A DNA stretch of 64,000 bases from Escherichia coli (GTDB taxonomy: Bacteria > Pseudomonadota > Gammaproteobacteria > Enterobacterales > Enterobacteriaceae), in assembly GCF_044324875.1 (NCBI RefSeq), contig NZ_CP172185.1. One strand, written 5' to 3'. Within the stretch, counting starts at the first letter, position 1, and every line of letters starts with the position of its first letter. The notes below the pieces were generated by a model. That model was not told the origin of the DNA, made no database searches, and saw only the letters and a list, made by a program, of their open reading frames with translations. Of the stretch, positions 62,796 through 64,000 are shown piece by piece. A program made the position numbers and the translations under genes.

Positions 62796-63340
62796 TTATG
62801 GGACGTCGCAGCAGCATTGATTCTCTGCCGAAGGAGGTCCGTCGCTGGCTTGAGCGGGCACTGACGGAGAATAATTTCACCGGCTATGCAGAGCTTGAAA
62901 GTCTGTTGAAGGAAAAGGGGTACAGCATCACCCGCTCTTCCCTGCAGCGGTTTGGCTACAAAATGGAGCAGCAACTGGCCCGTGTGCGGGCGGCAACCGA
63001 GGCAGCGCGTCTGCTTGCCCGGGAGGCCGGAGACGATCCTGATGACCGTTCAGCCGGACTGATAACCCTCGTCCAGACCGAAATGACGGATATCCTGATG
63101 CGCCTGCAGGAGTCGCGGGAAAACGACGATCCCTTCGCCCGGGCAAAACTGCTGGCAACGGCTTCAAAAAATATCGCCACACTGACCCGCGCCTCGGTCA
63201 ACCTCAAGCGCTATCAGGCAGAAGTCAGAGAGAGGGTTGAACGTGCTGCCGCTGCCGCCGAGAAAATTGCCCGTAAGGGCGGGCTCTCTGCGGAAGCCGT
63301 ACAGGCACTGCGCCGGGAAATTCTGGGGGTGGCGTCATGA
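62792..63340 (+). CDS. Mu gp27-like protein (putative small terminase subunit)
   Basis: 182 aa; MGRRSSIDSLPKEVRRWLERAL... resembles Mu gp27; directly precedes the large terminase. Confidence 0.7.
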   Translation: MIMGRRSSIDSLPKEVRRWLERALTENNFTGYAELESLLKEKGYSITRSSLQRFGYKMEQQLARVRAATEAARLLAREAGDDPDDRSAGLITLVQTEMTDILMRLQESRENDDPFARAKLLATASKNIATLTRASVNLKRYQAEVRERVERAAAAAEKIARKGGLSAEAVQALRREILGVAS

Positions 63341-64000
63341 CGGAGCTGCCGCCGCACATTCCTGACACCGCGAGTTATGAGACACCGCCGGTTCTGTTGC
63401 CTTACCAGCAGCGCTGGGTGGCAGATACCTCTCCGCTTAAGGTGATGGAAAAGAGCCGTCGTACCGGTATTACATGGGCTGAGGCATCCGATAACGTACT
63501 GACCGCAGCCTCTTCTGCGCCTGCAGGCGGGATGAATGTGTATTACATCGCCTATAACCAGGATATGACCGTCGAATACATTCAGGCGTGTGCGATGTGG
63601 GCGCGGGCATTCAACTATGCGGCCAGTGAAATTGAAGAAGGATTCTGGGAGGAGGACGACGACGATAAACACATCAGGACTTACACCATCAAATTTCCTG
63701 ACTCCGGCTTTCGCATTGTCGCGCTCTCCAGCCGCCCGTCTAACCTGCGTGGCCGTCAGGGTATTATTGTTATCGACGAAGCGGCGTTCCATGAGCAACT
63801 GGACGAACTGCTGAAAGCGGCGCTGGCGATGCTTATCTGGGGGGGCAAGGTACGCGTTATCTCCACCCATGACGGTGACGACAATCCATTCAGTACGCTT
63901 ATCGGAGATATCCGTGCCGGACGTCAGGGAGGCAGCGTACATCGCATCACTTTCCGGGAAGCCGTATCTGAGGGGCTGTTCCAGCGCGTTTGTCTGCGCA
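63337..64000 (+). CDS. Terminase large subunit (5' portion; continues past window end)
   Basis: N-terminus with LPYQQRW motif and ATPase-like region; open to the window end. Confidence 0.8.
   Translation, partial: MTELPPHIPDTASYETPPVLLPYQQRWVADTSPLKVMEKSRRTGITWAEASDNVLTAASSAPAGGMNVYYIAYNQDMTVEYIQACAMWARAFNYAASEIEEGFWEEDDDDKHIRTYTIKFPDSGFRIVALSSRPSNLRGRQGIIVIDEAAFHEQLDELLKAALAMLIWGGKVRVISTHDGDDNPFSTLIGDIRAGRQGGSVHRITFREAVSEGLFQRVCLR

Larger units (their letters stand above)
45295..64000. mobile_element. Mu-like transposable prophage (left part; continues past window end), non-Mu divergent early/late layout
   Basis: Gam, GemA, Mor, Ner-like, DDE transposase and AAA+ B-like genes on the minus strand; lysis cassette and terminase on the plus strand. 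Left boundary is inferred only from where the lhr frame ends. Confidence 0.75.

Noticed and set aside
63214-63942. 242-aa minus-strand ORF
   Set aside because: Antisense to the terminase small and large subunit genes, which carry recognisable motifs.

Overview
The window reads as Escherichia coli-type core chromosome from fumA (5' part, window start) through manA, ydgA, the uidCBA-uidR glucuronide locus, hdhA, malI-malXY, add, ydgJ, blr, cnu, ydgK, the rsxABCDGE-nth operon, dtpA, gstA, pdxY, tyrS, pdxH, mliC, anmK, slyB/slyA, ydhIJK, sodC, ydhF, ydhL, nemR-nemA-gloA and rnt, to lhr at about 45.3 kb. Gene names are assigned from my recognition of the translated products and their K-12 order; no database search was run. 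The lhr gene is a pseudogene here: it carries an in-frame TAA at 43030-43032 and stops about 300 codons short of the expected length, where a prophage begins. From about 45.3 kb to the window end lies a Mu-like transposable prophage (Gam, GemA, Mor, Ner-like, DDE transposase and AAA+ B-like ATPase on the minus strand; lysis cassette and terminase on the plus strand), continuing beyond 64000. Its early and late gene blocks diverge from a central repressor/Dam region, unlike Mu itself. An IS21-family element (istA/istB, about 2.6 kb) has inserted into the prophage Rz spanin gene; removing it restores the reading frame. The best candidates for an undescribed function are orphan accessory genes in the prophage: a 182-aa P-loop NTPase-like protein divergent from the lysis cassette, a Dam methylase with a 71-aa partner, and a terminal 210-aa membrane protein set apart by a terminator. 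None of these could be assigned a function from sequence alone.
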